Source: an uncultured Gammaproteobacteria bacterium
Lineage (GTDB): Bacteria > Pseudomonadota > Gammaproteobacteria > JABCZS01
Direction: 5' to 3'
Length of the DNA stretch: 64,000 nt
Assembly (NCBI GenBank): GCA_963848305.1
Contig: CAWKDC010000001.1
Location: 352,001 to 416,000 of the forward strand
The number at the start of each line of letters is the position of its first letter. Position 1 is the first letter of the stretch. Shown here piece after piece: positions 23,007-34,613 of the stretch. The notes beneath the pieces were generated by a model, which was not told where the DNA came from, made no database searches, and was given only the letters and a program-made list of their open reading frames with translations. Position numbers and translations under genes: made by a program.

Positions 23007-24509
23007 TTAAGACTTCCTCATGTGCGGAAACAATATCACATCCCTGATAGACGGCGCATTCGCAAATAACATCACCAAACGATCAATCCCGATGCCAACA
23101 CCGGATGCAGGTGGCATACCATATTCTAACGCTGTGATGAAATCTTCGTCATAAATCATGGCCTCATCATCGCCAGCTTCTTTGGCTTTGACCTGTGCCA
23201 TGAAACGCGCCGCCTGATCTTCTGGATCGTTTAATTCAGAAAAACCATTGGCGAGCTCTCTGCCAACTATCATCAACTCAAAGCGGTCGGTCACGAAAGG
23301 ATCTTGATCGTTTGCACGCGCCAAAGGAGAGACTTCAGCAGGATATTGTGTCACAAATGTCGGTTCGATCAATTGGTGCTCAACCGTTTTTTCAAAAATT
23401 TCAATTTGCAATTTACCCAAACCATCTGTCGGTTTGAATGCAATCCCCAATTTTTCACAGATAGATTTTGCACCTGACAATGTATTTAATTCAGGTGCTG
23501 TGACGGTCGGGTTATATTTTAAAATTGAATCAAATACGGTGATACGTGCAAAAGGTTTTGCAAAATCCAATCCAGTGCCTTGATATTCAAATTCCAAACG
23601 TCCCATCGAGGCAAGCGCCGCGTGACGAAGCAATGCTTCTGTCGCATTCATGCCGTCCTCAACGGTGGCATACGCTTGATAAAATTCAAGCATGGTGAAT
23701 TCAGGATTGTGGCGAACTGAAACGCCTTCATTACGGAAATTACGGTTAATTTCAAAGACGCGATCAAATCCGCCAACCAATAAGCGTTTCAAATATAATT
23801 CCGGTGCAATACGCAAATAAAGCGCCATATTCAAAGCATTGTGATGCGTGACAAAAGGTCTTGCGGCGGCGCCGCCGGGCATCACTTGCATCATCGGCGT
23901 TTCCACTTCAATGAAACGATCGCGCACCAAAAATTCACGGATCGCAGAAATGGTTTTACTTCGGATCACAAAGGTTTCACGTGTCTCAGGATTTGAAATC
24001 AAATCCAAATAGCGCTGACGGTACCTTGCCTCTGTGTCTGTCAGGCCATGAAATTTATCGGGTAAGGGACGAATGGCTTTCACCAACAAGGCAATGCTAT
24101 CCGCTTTAACGGATAGCTCACCGGTTTTGGTTTTAAATAACGTGCCTTCAATCGCAACGATATCGCCCAAATCCCATTTCTTAAAAGCTTCATATTGATT
24201 CTCAGGCAATGCATCGGCTTTGATGTACGCTTGAATTTGCCCAGTCATGTCTTGAATCGTGACAAAACTTGCTTTGCCCATGAGACGACGCAACATCACG
24301 CGGCCTGCTATTTTCACAGCGATATGGTTAGCCTCCAATGCCTCACCTTCTGCTTGATCATGCGCTTGATGCAAATCATTTGCAAAAGCATTGGGTGTGA
24401 AATCGTTGGGAAACGCTTGCCCTTGGGTGCGCAGATGCGCCAACTTTGCACGACGCTCGGCGATGAGATCGTGTTGGTTTTGTGTGTCTAATTGTTCTGT
24501 CATTGACAT
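23007..24509 (-). CDS. lysS: lysine--tRNA ligase (class II)
   Basis: [32 protein letters not shown]. Confidence 0.99.
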   Translation of the reverse strand: MSMTEQLDTQNQHDLIAERRAKLAHLRTQGQAFPNDFTPNAFANDLHQAHDQAEGEALEANHIAVKIAGRVMLRRLMGKASFVTIQDMTGQIQAYIKADALPENQYEAFKKWDLGDIVAIEGTLFKTKTGELSVKADSIALLVKAIRPLPDKFHGLTDTEARYRQRYLDLISNPETRETFVIRSKTISAIREFLVRDRFIEVETPMMQVMPGGAAARPFVTHHNALNMALYLRIAPELYLKRLLVGGFDRVFEINRNFRNEGVSVRHNPEFTMLEFYQAYATVEDGMNATEALLRHAALASMGRLEFEYQGTGLDFAKPFARITVFDSILKYNPTVTAPELNTLSGAKSICEKLGIAFKPTDGLGKLQIEIFEKTVEHQLIEPTFVTQYPAEVSPLARANDQDPFVTDRFELMIVGRELANGFSELNDPEDQAARFMAQVKAKEAGDDEAMIYDEDFITALEYGMPPASGVGIGIDRLVMLFANAPSIRDVILFPHMRKS

Positions 24510-24540
24510 TATCCTCTATATTACATATTCCCCGCTGTTT

Positions 24541-24561
24541 GTAGGGGCGGGTACTCCCGCC
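24541..24561 (+). repeat. GTAG-family REP palindrome
   Basis: GTAGGGGCGGGTACTCCCGCC; reverse-complement copies at 40658 and 60427. Confidence 0.8.
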
Positions 24562-24568
24562 AGCCACC

Positions 24569-25676
24569 CTACAACCCTGATTTCAAACTCGCCTCAATAA
24601 ACCGATCCAACCGCCCATTCAAGACAGCCGTTGTATCAGTATCTTCCACATCGGTACGCAAATCTTTGATACGCGATTGATCCAATACATAGGAACGGAT
24701 CTGGCTGCCCCAGCTGATATCAGATTTCGTGGCTTCAACCAAATTTTGCTCTTGCTTACGTTTCATTTCTTCCAATTCATACAATTTCGCTTTCAATTGT
24801 TTCATGGCTTGCGCACGGTTCTTGTGTTGCGAACGATCGGATTGGCATTGTACAACAATCCCCGTCGGCTCGTGGGTGATGCGGATCGCCGAATCGGTTC
24901 TATTCACGTGCTGACCGCCTGCACCACTTGCGCGGTAAGTGTCGACACGTAAATCAGCCGGATTGATCTCAATGTCGATATCATCGTCCACTTCAGGTGA
25001 CACAAACACGGAGGCAAATGAGGTGTGCCGACGGTTACCCGAATCAAACGGCGATTTGCGCACCAAACGGTGCACCCCCGATTCGGTACGAAGCCAACCA
25101 AAAGCAAACGGTCCTTTCACATGGATTGTCGCGCTCTTAATGCCGGCCACATCACCCGGAGAGGCTTCTACCAATTCCGCCTCAAATCCTTTAGATTGGG
25201 CAAAACGCAAATACATGCGCAACAACATTTCTGCCCAATCTTGCGCTTCTGTACCGCCTGATCCCGAATTAATATCCACATATGCATTGTTCGGATCCAT
25301 TTTACCTGGAAACATGCGCCGAAATTCAAGTTTTTCAAGATGAGATTCATGTGCTGCCAATGTGGATTGAAGCAACTCAAACATGTCATTGTCATTCTCT
25401 TCGAGAGCCATTTCATAGAGACCCTGACAATCATCGAGGCCGGATAATAACCCGCGGATCACATCCACCACCGCAGACAGCGCCACACGCTCGCGGCCCA
25501 ACGCTTCCGCGCGCTCGGGACTATCCCACAACTTGGGATCCTCGAGCTCGCGGTTCACTTCTTCTAAGCGTTCAGCCTGATTGTCAAAGTCAAAGATACC
25601 CCCGAATGTCTTCCGCACGGGTTTTCAAAGACGCAATTTTGTCTCGAATGCTGTTAGGCTCTATGAAGGTTGTCAT
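24569..25676 (-). CDS. prfB: peptide chain release factor 2 with programmed +1 frameshift
   Basis: MTTFIEPN...RGYL then CTT-TGA-C slippery site at 25595-25589 with upstream GGGGG SD-like run; SPF and GGQ motifs. Confidence 0.98.
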
Positions 25677-26235
25677 TCACAAAATCCCAATTGACCAATT
25701 TCCAGAAAGAATCCACATACTGCGCACGCGCATTGCGGTAATCGATATAATAAGCATGTTCCCAAACGTCGCAGGTGAGCAATGCTGTTTTGCCAGATGT
25801 CATGGGGGTACCCGCATTGGACGTGCTGATCAATTCTAGCTTGCCCGAATCCCCTTTCACCAACCATGCCCAGCCTGATCCAAACGTGGTCAAAGCAACT
25901 TGGGTGAATTGTTCTTTGAAAGCGGCAAATGAACCAAATGCTTCTTCAATCCCTTTGGCCACAGCCCCTGTAGGCTCGCCACCCCCATTCGGGCTTAAGC
26001 AATGCCAATAAAAGGTATGATTCCAAACCTGTGCTGCATTATTGAATATGCCGCCTGAAGAAGAACGGATGATCTCTTCCAAGGTTTTACCTTCAAAAGG
26101 TGTCCCTGCAACGAGCTTATTCAGGTTGTCAACGTAAGCTTTATGGTGCTTACCATAATGATAAGACAATGTTTCAGCAGAAATATGCGGTTGCAAAGCG
26201 TCTTGCGCGTAGGGCAATGGGGGCAATTCAAACAT
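25654..26235 (-). CDS. sodB: Fe superoxide dismutase
   Basis: [24 protein letters not shown]. Confidence 0.96.
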   Translation of the reverse strand: MFELPPLPYAQDALQPHISAETLSYHYGKHHKAYVDNLNKLVAGTPFEGKTLEEIIRSSSGGIFNNAAQVWNHTFYWHCLSPNGGGEPTGAVAKGIEEAFGSFAAFKEQFTQVALTTFGSGWAWLVKGDSGKLELISTSNAGTPMTSGKTALLTCDVWEHAYYIDYRNARAQYVDSFWKLVNWDFVNDNLHRA

Positions 26236-26304
26236 GATAGGTTCCTTATACCAATGATTGCGTACAGTCTACAAGTGTTTACAGAAACCAGCAAGGCCTT
26301 GATC

Positions 26305-27468
26305 TCAATCGCTGATCACTTTGACGAAACGTTCGACGAAATAATCTACGTGCGATTTTTCAAAGATCAGCGCCGGTGCCAAGCGCACCACGGTCTCTGC
26401 CGTCACAGTGAATAGGATCCCTTCATCCAATCCTTTCTGAAGCAACGGGCGTGCCGGTGCATCCATCTCAATCCCGATCCACAATCCTTGACCCCGAATA
26501 TCTTTCACGTGTGGGTGCCCGAGCAGCGCTTCATTCAAGCGCTTGAAAAAGTAATCTGATACTTCAACAACGTTCTTTAACAAATTGTTTTTAATGATTT
26601 CATCCAGCACAACACATGCCACACGAGACGATAATGGATTGCCGCCAAACGTTGAGCCGTGGTTTCCCGGCGAAAATAAATCGACCGCACGACCACCTGC
26701 CACACAAGCGCCTATCGGAATACCCCCGCCCAATCCTTTCGCCAATGAGATCGCGTCCGGCTGAATACCTGCGTGTTCAAAAGCAAACATTTTGCCGGTG
26801 CGCCCAATGCCGGATTGCACTTCATCGATCATGAGCAACCATTTATTCTCATCGCAAATCTCACGTAAGCCGCGCAAATACGCCGGTGAAGGCACGTGTA
26901 AACCGCCCTCCCCTTGAATTGGCTCTAGCATCACCGCGACAATATTCTTCTGATGCTTGGCAATGGTGCGAATGGCATCCAGATCATTGAAAGGTGCGCG
27001 CACAAACCCCTGCACCAACGGCTCAAAACCCGCCTGCACGCGCCGCGAGCCACTGGCCGATAGGGTTGCCATGGTACGGCCATGAAAAGCGTTCTGCATG
27101 ACAATAATGCCCGGGTCGCGTACTTCTTGTTGATGGGCATATTTACGTGCCAGCTTGATCATGCATTCAACGGCTTCTGCCCCAGTCGAACAAATAAACG
27201 CTTGAGACAAACCAGATAACTCGACCAATTTTTGAGCCAGCTCGGTTTGATAAGGGATCTCGTAGATGTTCGATGTATGAAGCACCTTGGAGGCCTGATC
27301 ACAAATCGTTTCTACCAAGCGTGGATAGGCATGCCCCAATACATTCACCGCAATGCCCGCCATCGCGTCTAAGTAGCGACGCCCAGCCGTATCGTAGAGC
27401 CAAACGCCCTCTCCGTGCGTGAAAGCCACCGGCAGACGCTGGTAAGTGTTCATAAGGGGTGATGTCAT
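26305..27468 (-). CDS. argD: acetylornithine aminotransferase (class III PLP-dependent)
   Basis: FHGRT, EPIQGEGG, DEVQSGIGRTG, LAKGLGGG, HGSTFGGNPL. Confidence 0.88.
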   Translation of the reverse strand: MTSPLMNTYQRLPVAFTHGEGVWLYDTAGRRYLDAMAGIAVNVLGHAYPRLVETICDQASKVLHTSNIYEIPYQTELAQKLVELSGLSQAFICSTGAEAVECMIKLARKYAHQQEVRDPGIIVMQNAFHGRTMATLSASGSRRVQAGFEPLVQGFVRAPFNDLDAIRTIAKHQKNIVAVMLEPIQGEGGLHVPSPAYLRGLREICDENKWLLMIDEVQSGIGRTGKMFAFEHAGIQPDAISLAKGLGGGIPIGACVAGGRAVDLFSPGNHGSTFGGNPLSSRVACVVLDEIIKNNLLKNVVEVSDYFFKRLNEALLGHPHVKDIRGQGLWIGIEMDAPARPLLQKGLDEGILFTVTAETVVRLAPALIFEKSHVDYFVERFVKVISD

Positions 27469-27779
27469 TTGACTTCCCTCAGCAATCCCTGCAACTCCCC
27501 ACTCTCAAACATTTCTACCATGATATCGCTGCCACCGACGAGCGCGCCATTCACCCACAGTTGGGGAAAGGTGGGCCAATTCGCCATTTTTGGCAACGTC
27601 GCACGGATATCCGGATTCTCCAAAATATTGACGTGGGCAAACTCAGTCACCCCACAAGCACGAAGCACCTGGACGGCTCGACCAGAAAAACCACATTGGG
27701 GGAAATCAGGCGTCCCTTTCATGTAAAGCAGGATAGGATTGTCAGCAATTTGTTGTTTGATGATATCTTCAGTGGTCAT
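27465..27779 (-). CDS. grxD: monothiol glutaredoxin Grx4
   Basis: PQCGFS, WPTFPQL, GGSD. Confidence 0.96.
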   Translation of the reverse strand: MTTEDIIKQQIADNPILLYMKGTPDFPQCGFSGRAVQVLRACGVTEFAHVNILENPDIRATLPKMANWPTFPQLWVNGALVGGSDIMVEMFESGELQGLLREVK

Positions 27780-27875
27780 AATAGCGCTCCTAGGTAGAGG
27801 GGACAGTATACAAGAAAATCTCATTATCGACATGGGTTCCAGATCGCGCTACACACGTTTGAGACGCTGACACGT

Positions 27876-27910
27876 TTATCCCCAGAATCTGTGGATAACT
27901 GTGTGGATAA
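27876..27910. promoter_or_regulatory. DnaA-box trio (DARS-core-like)
   Basis: TTATCCCCA-5nt-TGTGGATAA-3nt-TGTGGATAA; another TTATCCACA at 28307-28315. Confidence 0.75.
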
Positions 27911-28353
27911 TCACTGAACATATTTCGTAAACCCACGAAAATCAAGGGCTCGAGCCAGATGCTCAAAAAATAATCAATATTTATATCTATATATTTCAAC
28001 TAGTTACAAAATATCAATGGGTTAAAAAACATGAAAGACAGTGCCATAAAAAAACAAAGCCAACTGCCTATATTTTGTGAGTAACTTACGCACTCCCTTA
28101 AAAAACTGCTCAAAAAATAAACAAAAATTGAGCATCTCGCTGATCTCCATACAAAAAAAATAACCAATCCAAAAAGTAAGTAAGTTACTCAAAATTCATT
28201 ATTAAAAAACCCTTGGATTTGGTCCCAAAAAAAATTTTTTCACACATAAAAATAGCAAGATTCAGATATGTCTAAAGATTTTAATGACCAAAGAAATATA
28301 CACACTTTATCCACATCATACCCACACACAATCGACTTGTCTTCTGGTAAAAT

Positions 28354-28400
28354 CCACGCTATCTTGTATAGGGAGCAAAACAAATATCTACATATTGTGT
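28354..28400 (+). promoter_or_regulatory. tandem NrdR boxes upstream of nrdA
   Basis: CCACGCTATCTTGTAT (28354) and TATCTACATATTGTGT (28385) match acaCwAtATaTwGtg, 31 bp apart. Confidence 0.85.
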
Positions 28401-28452
28401 TTTCAGCTTTCTTAGAACCACAAGCATATAGCCATTGGAGGGGCAAGAACCC

Positions 28453-31314
28453 ATGTCAGACAAACTTATTCAAACAGAAACAACAGCATCCACCACCCCA
28501 CCGAACGTAATTCGGGAAGAGAACTTCAGCGGCGTTGAAATCGCCATCACCCCAGGGCAACTACGTGTCATCAAGCGCAACGGCAAAATCACGTCATTTG
28601 ATGAAAGCAAAATCAGCGTGGCCATCACCAAAGCCTTCCTGGCAGTTGAAGGTGGCAATGCTGCTGCTTCCTCACGGATCGTGGAAACGGTTAACAGACT
28701 TACTAAAAACATCATGCAAGTCTTTTGGCGCCGCGCCCCCAGTGATGGCACACTTCACATCGAAGATGTCCAAGATCAAGTTGAGCTTGCACTCATGCGT
28801 GAAGGTCTCCAAAAGGTTGCCCGTGCTTACGTGCTTTACCGCGAAGAACGACGACGCGAGCGTGAGGCTGCCCTGGTGACTCAAGGTGACCAACAGCATA
28901 TGCTACATGTCTCCATGCCTGATGGCCGTTTGGTCTCACTCCAACAAACTGAACTTCATAGCATGATTCAGCATGCCTGCGAGGGTCTGAACGAAGTTTC
29001 AGCAGCAGATATTTACGCTGAAACAGAACGCAATATTTTTGAAGGCATTTCACTCAACGATGTGTATAAAGCCGCCATCATGAGTGCTCGCACCATGATT
29101 GAAAAGGAACCTAATTACAGCTTTGTCACTGCGCGCTTGTTATTGCGTGATCTCTACACAGAATCACTGGGTTTCCTCGAAATCAGCCACGATGGCCGTT
29201 TGAATACTGCTAAAGATCTTTACCCTGTGGCTTTCAAAGCTTATCTCAAGCGCGCTGTCGCCCTCGAGTTATTGGATGGAAAATTACTCACATTTGATCT
29301 GGATCGTCTGGCTGATGCATTGTTACCTGAGCGTGATTTCCAGTTCACCTACTTAGGCCTACAAACGCTCTATGATCGTTATTTTATCCACCACCGTGGC
29401 ACTCGCTTTGAAATGCCTCAAATATTTTTCATGCGTGTCGCGATGGGCTTGGCGATGAATGAAACAGAGCGTGAAACACGAGCGATTGAGTTCTATCAAC
29501 TCTTATCCAGCTTTGATTTCATGAGCTCGACACCCACATTGTTCAACTCAGGTTCATTGCGCCCACAATTATCCAGCTGTTACTTAACGACGGTACCAGA
29601 CGATTTATCCGGCATTTACAATGCCATGCGTGACAATGCATTGTTATCAAAATATGCTGGCGGTTTGGGCAATGACTGGACGCCTGTTCGTGCCATGCGC
29701 GCGCACATTAAAGGCACTAATGGTAAGTCACAAGGTGTTGTCCCCTTCTTAAATGTGGCCAATGCAACCGCCATTGCGGTCAATCAAGGCGGCAAACGCA
29801 AAGGGGCTGTCTGTGCCTATCTCGAAACATGGCATTTGGACATTGAAGAGTTCCTAGAATTGCGTAAAAACACGGGTGATGAACGTCGTCGCACCCATGA
29901 CATGAACACGGCCAACTGGGTACCTGATCTGTTCATGAAACGTGTGATTGAAAACAAAGAATGGACTCTCTTCTCTCCCGATGAAGTGCCTGATTTGCAT
30001 GATGCATACGGAGATACATTCGAATCACTGTACACTGAATATGAACGCAAAACACAAACGGGTGAAATTGATAATTACAAACGCATTCCTGCGTTATCAT
30101 TGTGGCGTAAAATGCTGGGCATGTTGTTTGAAACGGGACATCCTTGGATCACCTTCAAAGATGCGTGTAATTTGCGCTCCCCACAACAGCATGTTGGCGT
30201 GGTACATAGCTCGAATTTGTGTACTGAAATCACACTCAATACATCGATCGATGAAATTGCTGTGTGCAATCTCGGTAGCATCAATTTGGCACAACACATT
30301 GAAAATGGTGCGTTGAACCGCGAGAAATTAGCGAAAACCATTCGCACGGCGATGCGCATGCTCGATAACGTGATCGATTACAATTTCTACTCGGTCATCC
30401 AAGCACGTCGCTCTAACTTGCGCCACCGTCCTGTCGGTTTAGGACTCATGGGATTCCAAGATGCATTGTATCAATTGAACATTCCTTATTCGAGTGATGC
30501 TGCGGTACAGTTTGCGGATGAATCCATGGAATTGATCAGTTATTATGCGATTGAAGCGTCCACACATTTGGCTGAAGAGCGTGGTACGTATGCCACATTC
30601 GAAGGTTCATTGTGGAGCAAAGGCATTCTGCCCATCGATTCCATCAAACTATTAGCGCAAAGCCGTGGACAATATTTGAAGCAAGATACGTCAACACGTT
30701 TGGATTGGGACACATTACGCCAACGCGTCATGACGGTTGGTATGCGCAATTCCAATACCATGGCCATTGCTCCAACCGCAACCATCTCCAATATTTGTGG
30801 TGTCTCACAATCCATTGAACCCACCTATCAAAACCTGTTTGTTAAATCAAACTTGTCGGGTGAATTCACTGTTGTTAATCCCTATCTTGTGGCAGAATTG
30901 AAAAAGCGTAAGCTCTGGGACAATGTCATGGTCAACGATTTGAAATATTATGATGGAAGCGTGCAACAGATTGATCGCATTCCTGATGATTTGAAACGGC
31001 TATTCGCCACCGCTTTCGAACTCGATCCGAAGTGGTTAGTCGATGCCGGTTCACGCCGTCAAAAATGGATTGATCAAGCACAGTCACTCAACCTCTATAT
31101 GGCTGAGCCGTCAGGTAAAAAACTTGATGCCATTTACAAGCATGCATGGTTAAGTGGCTTGAAAACCACTTATTATTTACGCAGTCTGGGCGCCACCAAC
31201 GCTGAAAAATCCACAGTTACCGACAGCGCATTAAATGCTGTTAAACTGCAAAGCACGGATGCCGCGCCTAAAGCCTGTTCCATCGATAATCCCGATTGTG
31301 AAGCCTGTCAGTAA
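28453..31314 (+). CDS. nrdA: class Ia ribonucleotide reductase alpha subunit, apparently with two N-terminal ATP-cones
   Basis: VIKRNG ATP-cone, [33 protein letters not shown]-terminal CxxCQ. Confidence 0.97.
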   Translation: MSDKLIQTETTASTTPPNVIREENFSGVEIAITPGQLRVIKRNGKITSFDESKISVAITKAFLAVEGGNAAASSRIVETVNRLTKNIMQVFWRRAPSDGTLHIEDVQDQVELALMREGLQKVARAYVLYREERRREREAALVTQGDQQHMLHVSMPDGRLVSLQQTELHSMIQHACEGLNEVSAADIYAETERNIFEGISLNDVYKAAIMSARTMIEKEPNYSFVTARLLLRDLYTESLGFLEISHDGRLNTAKDLYPVAFKAYLKRAVALELLDGKLLTFDLDRLADALLPERDFQFTYLGLQTLYDRYFIHHRGTRFEMPQIFFMRVAMGLAMNETERETRAIEFYQLLSSFDFMSSTPTLFNSGSLRPQLSSCYLTTVPDDLSGIYNAMRDNALLSKYAGGLGNDWTPVRAMRAHIKGTNGKSQGVVPFLNVANATAIAVNQGGKRKGAVCAYLETWHLDIEEFLELRKNTGDERRRTHDMNTANWVPDLFMKRVIENKEWTLFSPDEVPDLHDAYGDTFESLYTEYERKTQTGEIDNYKRIPALSLWRKMLGMLFETGHPWITFKDACNLRSPQQHVGVVHSSNLCTEITLNTSIDEIAVCNLGSINLAQHIENGALNREKLAKTIRTAMRMLDNVIDYNFYSVIQARRSNLRHRPVGLGLMGFQDALYQLNIPYSSDAAVQFADESMELISYYAIEASTHLAEERGTYATFEGSLWSKGILPIDSIKLLAQSRGQYLKQDTSTRLDWDTLRQRVMTVGMRNSNTMAIAPTATISNICGVSQSIEPTYQNLFVKSNLSGEFTVVNPYLVAELKKRKLWDNVMVNDLKYYDGSVQQIDRIPDDLKRLFATAFELDPKWLVDAGSRRQKWIDQAQSLNLYMAEPSGKKLDAIYKHAWLSGLKTTYYLRSLGATNAEKSTVTDSALNAVKLQSTDAAPKACSIDNPDCEACQ

Positions 31315-31325
31315 AAGGAAATATT

Positions 31326-32434
31326 ATGTCAAGTCTGAACCCAATCAATATGCAAGCGGCCCCTCATAAAAGGGCCACCGGCCTTGAGGCCATCGAAATG
31401 AATGTTGAGGCGCCTAAAGTTGACGATAAAAAAATCATCAATTGTAAAGCGGACCTCAATCAACTCGTGCCTTTTAAGTATTATTGGGCATGGCAAAAAT
31501 ATCTTGATGCTTGTGCCAACCATTGGATGCCCAATGAAATCCCCATGGGTGCTGATGTTGCTTTGTATAAAGATCCTAATGGCTTAACGGCTGATGAGCG
31601 CATGATCATTGAGCGTAGTCTTGGTTTTTTCTCTACTGCAGATTCTTTGGTCGCCAATAATTTGGTATTGGCCGTGTATCGTCACATCACCAATCCCGAA
31701 TGCCGTCAATATTTGCTGCGCCAAGCATTTGAAGAAGCATTGCATACGCACGCTTATCAGCATATCATCGAAAGCTTGGGAATGGATGAATCACGTTTAT
31801 TCAACATGTACCATGAAATTCCCTCTGTGGCACGCAAAGCCAATTGGGCATTGAAATACACGCAAAGTTTGTCTGATCCACACTTCAGCACAGGCACACC
31901 GGAAAATGACCAACGCTTGATGCGCGACTTGATTGCATTTTATATCGTGTTTGAAGGCATTTTCTTCTATGTTGGTTTTGCACAAATACTGTCTATGGGG
32001 CGCCGTAATAAAATGATCGGCACCGCTGAACAATTGCAATACATTCTGCGCGATGAATCCATGCATGTGAATTTCGGTATTGATGTGATCAATCAAATCA
32101 AAATCGAAAACCCACATTTATGGACGGCCGCATTCCAAGCGGAAATTTTAACCATGATCCGTGAAGGTGTTGAAATGGAATGTGAATACGCGGCTGATAC
32201 CATGCCCCGCGGCATTTTGGGCCTGAATGCTTCGGTTTTCCAAGAATATGTGAAATTCATTGCGAATCGTCGTTTAGCACAAATTGGATTGCCTGAACAA
32301 TACCCGCAAGCGAAGAATACATTCCCTTGGATGAGTGAACTGATCGGCAACTCAAAAAGGAAAAGAACTTCTTCGAAACACGCGTGACGGAATACCAAAC
32401 CGGTGGCACGTTGTCATGGGGCGATGAGGCGTAA
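31326..32434 (+). CDS. nrdB: class Ia ribonucleotide reductase beta subunit (apparent frameshift ~32350)
   Basis: [13 protein letters not shown] (radical Tyr), EGIFFY, DESMH; conserved tail [22 protein letters not shown] continues in a shifted frame to TAA 32434. Confidence 0.95.
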
Positions 32435-33626
32435 ACATTTCCTAGGGTTGCGATGCGTCCCGGCTTTCGCCGAGACGCATCTTACCCTAGGCTAAATGCT
32501 TAAAGGCCTACGGCCTTGAGTAAAAGGCCGTAGGCCTTTGAGTTTTTAGCCCAGGGTGATGTGTGCATAGCACACATCACCCTGGGTAAGAATGGTAAAG
32601 CATATCAAGCGCTGAAAGCGCGTAACTGCCGAACATGTCTTTCGCACTTTCAGTGCTCAATGCATTCTCTCATACATTTCCTAGGGTTGCGATGCGTCCC
32701 GGCTTTCGCCGAGACGCATCTTACCCTAGGCTAAATGCTTAAAGGCCTACGGCCTTATTGTCATTACCCTCGCAAAGACCGGGCACACCTCACCCTACCC
32801 TGGATAAGAAATGCTTAAAGGCCTTGCGGCCTTAAGTAAAAGGCCGCAAGGCCTTTAAGTTTTTAGCCCAGGGTGAGGTGTGCATAGCACACCTCACCCT
32901 GGGTAAGAAAGGTAAAACATATCAAGCGCTGAAAGCGCGTAACTGCCGAGCATGTCTTTCGCACCTTCAGTGCTCAATGCATTCTCTCATACATTTCCTA
33001 GGGTTGCGATGCGTCCCGGCTTTCGCCGAGACGCATCTTACCCTAGGCTAAATGCTTAAAGGCCTTGCGGCCTTATTGTCATTACCCTCGCAAAGACCGG
33101 GGCACACCTCACCCTGGGTAAGAAAGGTAAAACATATCAAGCGCTGAAAGCGCGTAACTGCCGAACATGTCTTTCGCACTTTCAGTGCTCAATGCATTCT
33201 CTCGTACATTTCCTAGGGTTGCGATGCGTCCCGGCTTTCGCCGGAACGCATCTTACCCTAGGCTAAATGCTTAAAGGCCTTACGGCCTTGAGTAAAAGGC
33301 CGTAGGCCTTTAAGTTTTTAGCCCAGGGTGAGGTGTGCATAGCACACCTCACCCTGGGTAAGAAAGGTAAAACATATCAAGCGCTGAAAGCGCGTAACTG
33401 CCGAGCATGTCTTTCGCACCTTCAGTGCTCAATGCATTCTCTCATACATTTCCTAGGGTTGCGATGCGTCCCGGCTTTCGCCGAGACGCATCTTACCCTA
33501 GGCTAAATGCTTAAAGGCCTTGCGGCCTTATTGTCATTACCCTCGCAAAGACCGGGGCACACTCACCCTACCCTGGATAAGAAATGCTTAAAGGCCTACG
33601 GCCTTGAGTAAAAGGCCGGGGCACCT
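32435..33626. repeat. array of ~230-bp nested-palindromic elements (REPIN/BIME/MITE-like)
   Basis: Hairpin CCTAGGGTTGCGATGCGTCCCGG...CCCTAGG at 32441, 32680, 32997, 33212, 33452; full units 32526-32754, 32842-33072, 33298-33527. Confidence 0.92.
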
Positions 33627-34460
33627 CTACAAAAAAACTTTTGACAACAGAACCCCGGGCGCAATGCCCCGTAATATCTCCTGCGTCACTGTCCAATAAC
33701 TGATAATGGTATCATTTTGCTCCGCCAGGGCAACCGCTTCAATTTCCGCATATGCGCGTTGATCAGCGATCAACGTAATCAACGCTGCTTGAAGGGGCTG
33801 CACGCTGGGATTGTACGCCGCGTTCTCAAGAGAAGATCCCTGATAAATTTCACCCGTTTTTAACTGTATTGCAACGCCAGATCTACACCGTGAATAAGGG
33901 GCATATGACAATAGCGCAGCTTCAATCGCTTTCGTGTGCAGCAGCGAAGATTGAGATTCAACAATAGGAGTTGTTACAGGCGACATTAAATTACCCACAA
34001 ACCCCAAATCCTGCGGGCCAAACGCTTGGGGCAGCAATGTTGATAAACATTGCATTGGTACATGGGGAATCACTATTTGAAAATCATGCCCTATTTCGTT
34101 CAAAAATTGTCGACAATGCCCACAGGGTGCTGCTGAGACCGCCATGGACACAATTCCCGTTTCGCCATGCGCCCTGGCCAATGTGATGGCAAATTGTTCC
34201 GCATGGATGCTGGCATTTAAGGGCATGCCAGGAAACTCGAGGTTCACACCCAGATAGATTGCCCCACTCTTCCCCAATATAGCCACACCGACTTTAAAAC
34301 CAGAAATCGTGGGCAGTGCACGTGTCTGGGCGTAAGGAATGAGTTCATTCAAAAAATCTTCCACACGAATATCGTGTGATTTCGTATATTGAAAGACTTG
34401 TTCTGCGGAAATGACAAAGGGACTATTCCCCATGAGGCTGGTTATATGATGTTGACTCAC
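33627..34460 (-). CDS. cdd: cytidine deaminase (homodimeric type)
   Basis: GVNLEF, HAEQ, PCGHCRQF, ENAAYNPS. Confidence 0.95.
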   Translation of the reverse strand: MSQHHITSLMGNSPFVISAEQVFQYTKSHDIRVEDFLNELIPYAQTRALPTISGFKVGVAILGKSGAIYLGVNLEFPGMPLNASIHAEQFAITLARAHGETGIVSMAVSAAPCGHCRQFLNEIGHDFQIVIPHVPMQCLSTLLPQAFGPQDLGFVGNLMSPVTTPIVESQSSLLHTKAIEAALLSYAPYSRCRSGVAIQLKTGEIYQGSSLENAAYNPSVQPLQAALITLIADQRAYAEIEAVALAEQNDTIISYWTVTQEILRGIAPGVLLSKVFL

Positions 34461-34613
34461 TTTATCCTCCTGGGCTGTGGGGGGATTTTAACATGAAATC
34501 CAAGAATCAGAGGTAATCCGTCCTGTTTTTATCATTTCTGTCGCGCTTTCAGCGTTCAGTGCATTGATGCATATATTACCCCTGAAGCAAGGGTACCCTA
34601 CAAGTTGGCACAA

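Noticed and set aside
25589-25604. prfB frameshift as a novelty or an error
   Set aside because: It is the well-known programmed CTT-TGA +1 autoregulatory site
27780-28450. Replication origin oriC
   Set aside because: Not near dnaA/gidA, few GATC sites, no clear 13-mer DUE, and gene orientation bias does not switch across it; GC skew is needed to exclude it fully
31326-32434. Class Ic (Mn/Fe) ribonucleotide reductase
   Set aside because: Retains the Asp ligand (ADSL) and radical Tyr (HTHAY) of class Ia
32435-33626. CRISPR array
   Set aside because: No unique spacers (sequence between repeats is itself repeated), units are ~230 bp, and there are no cas genes in the window
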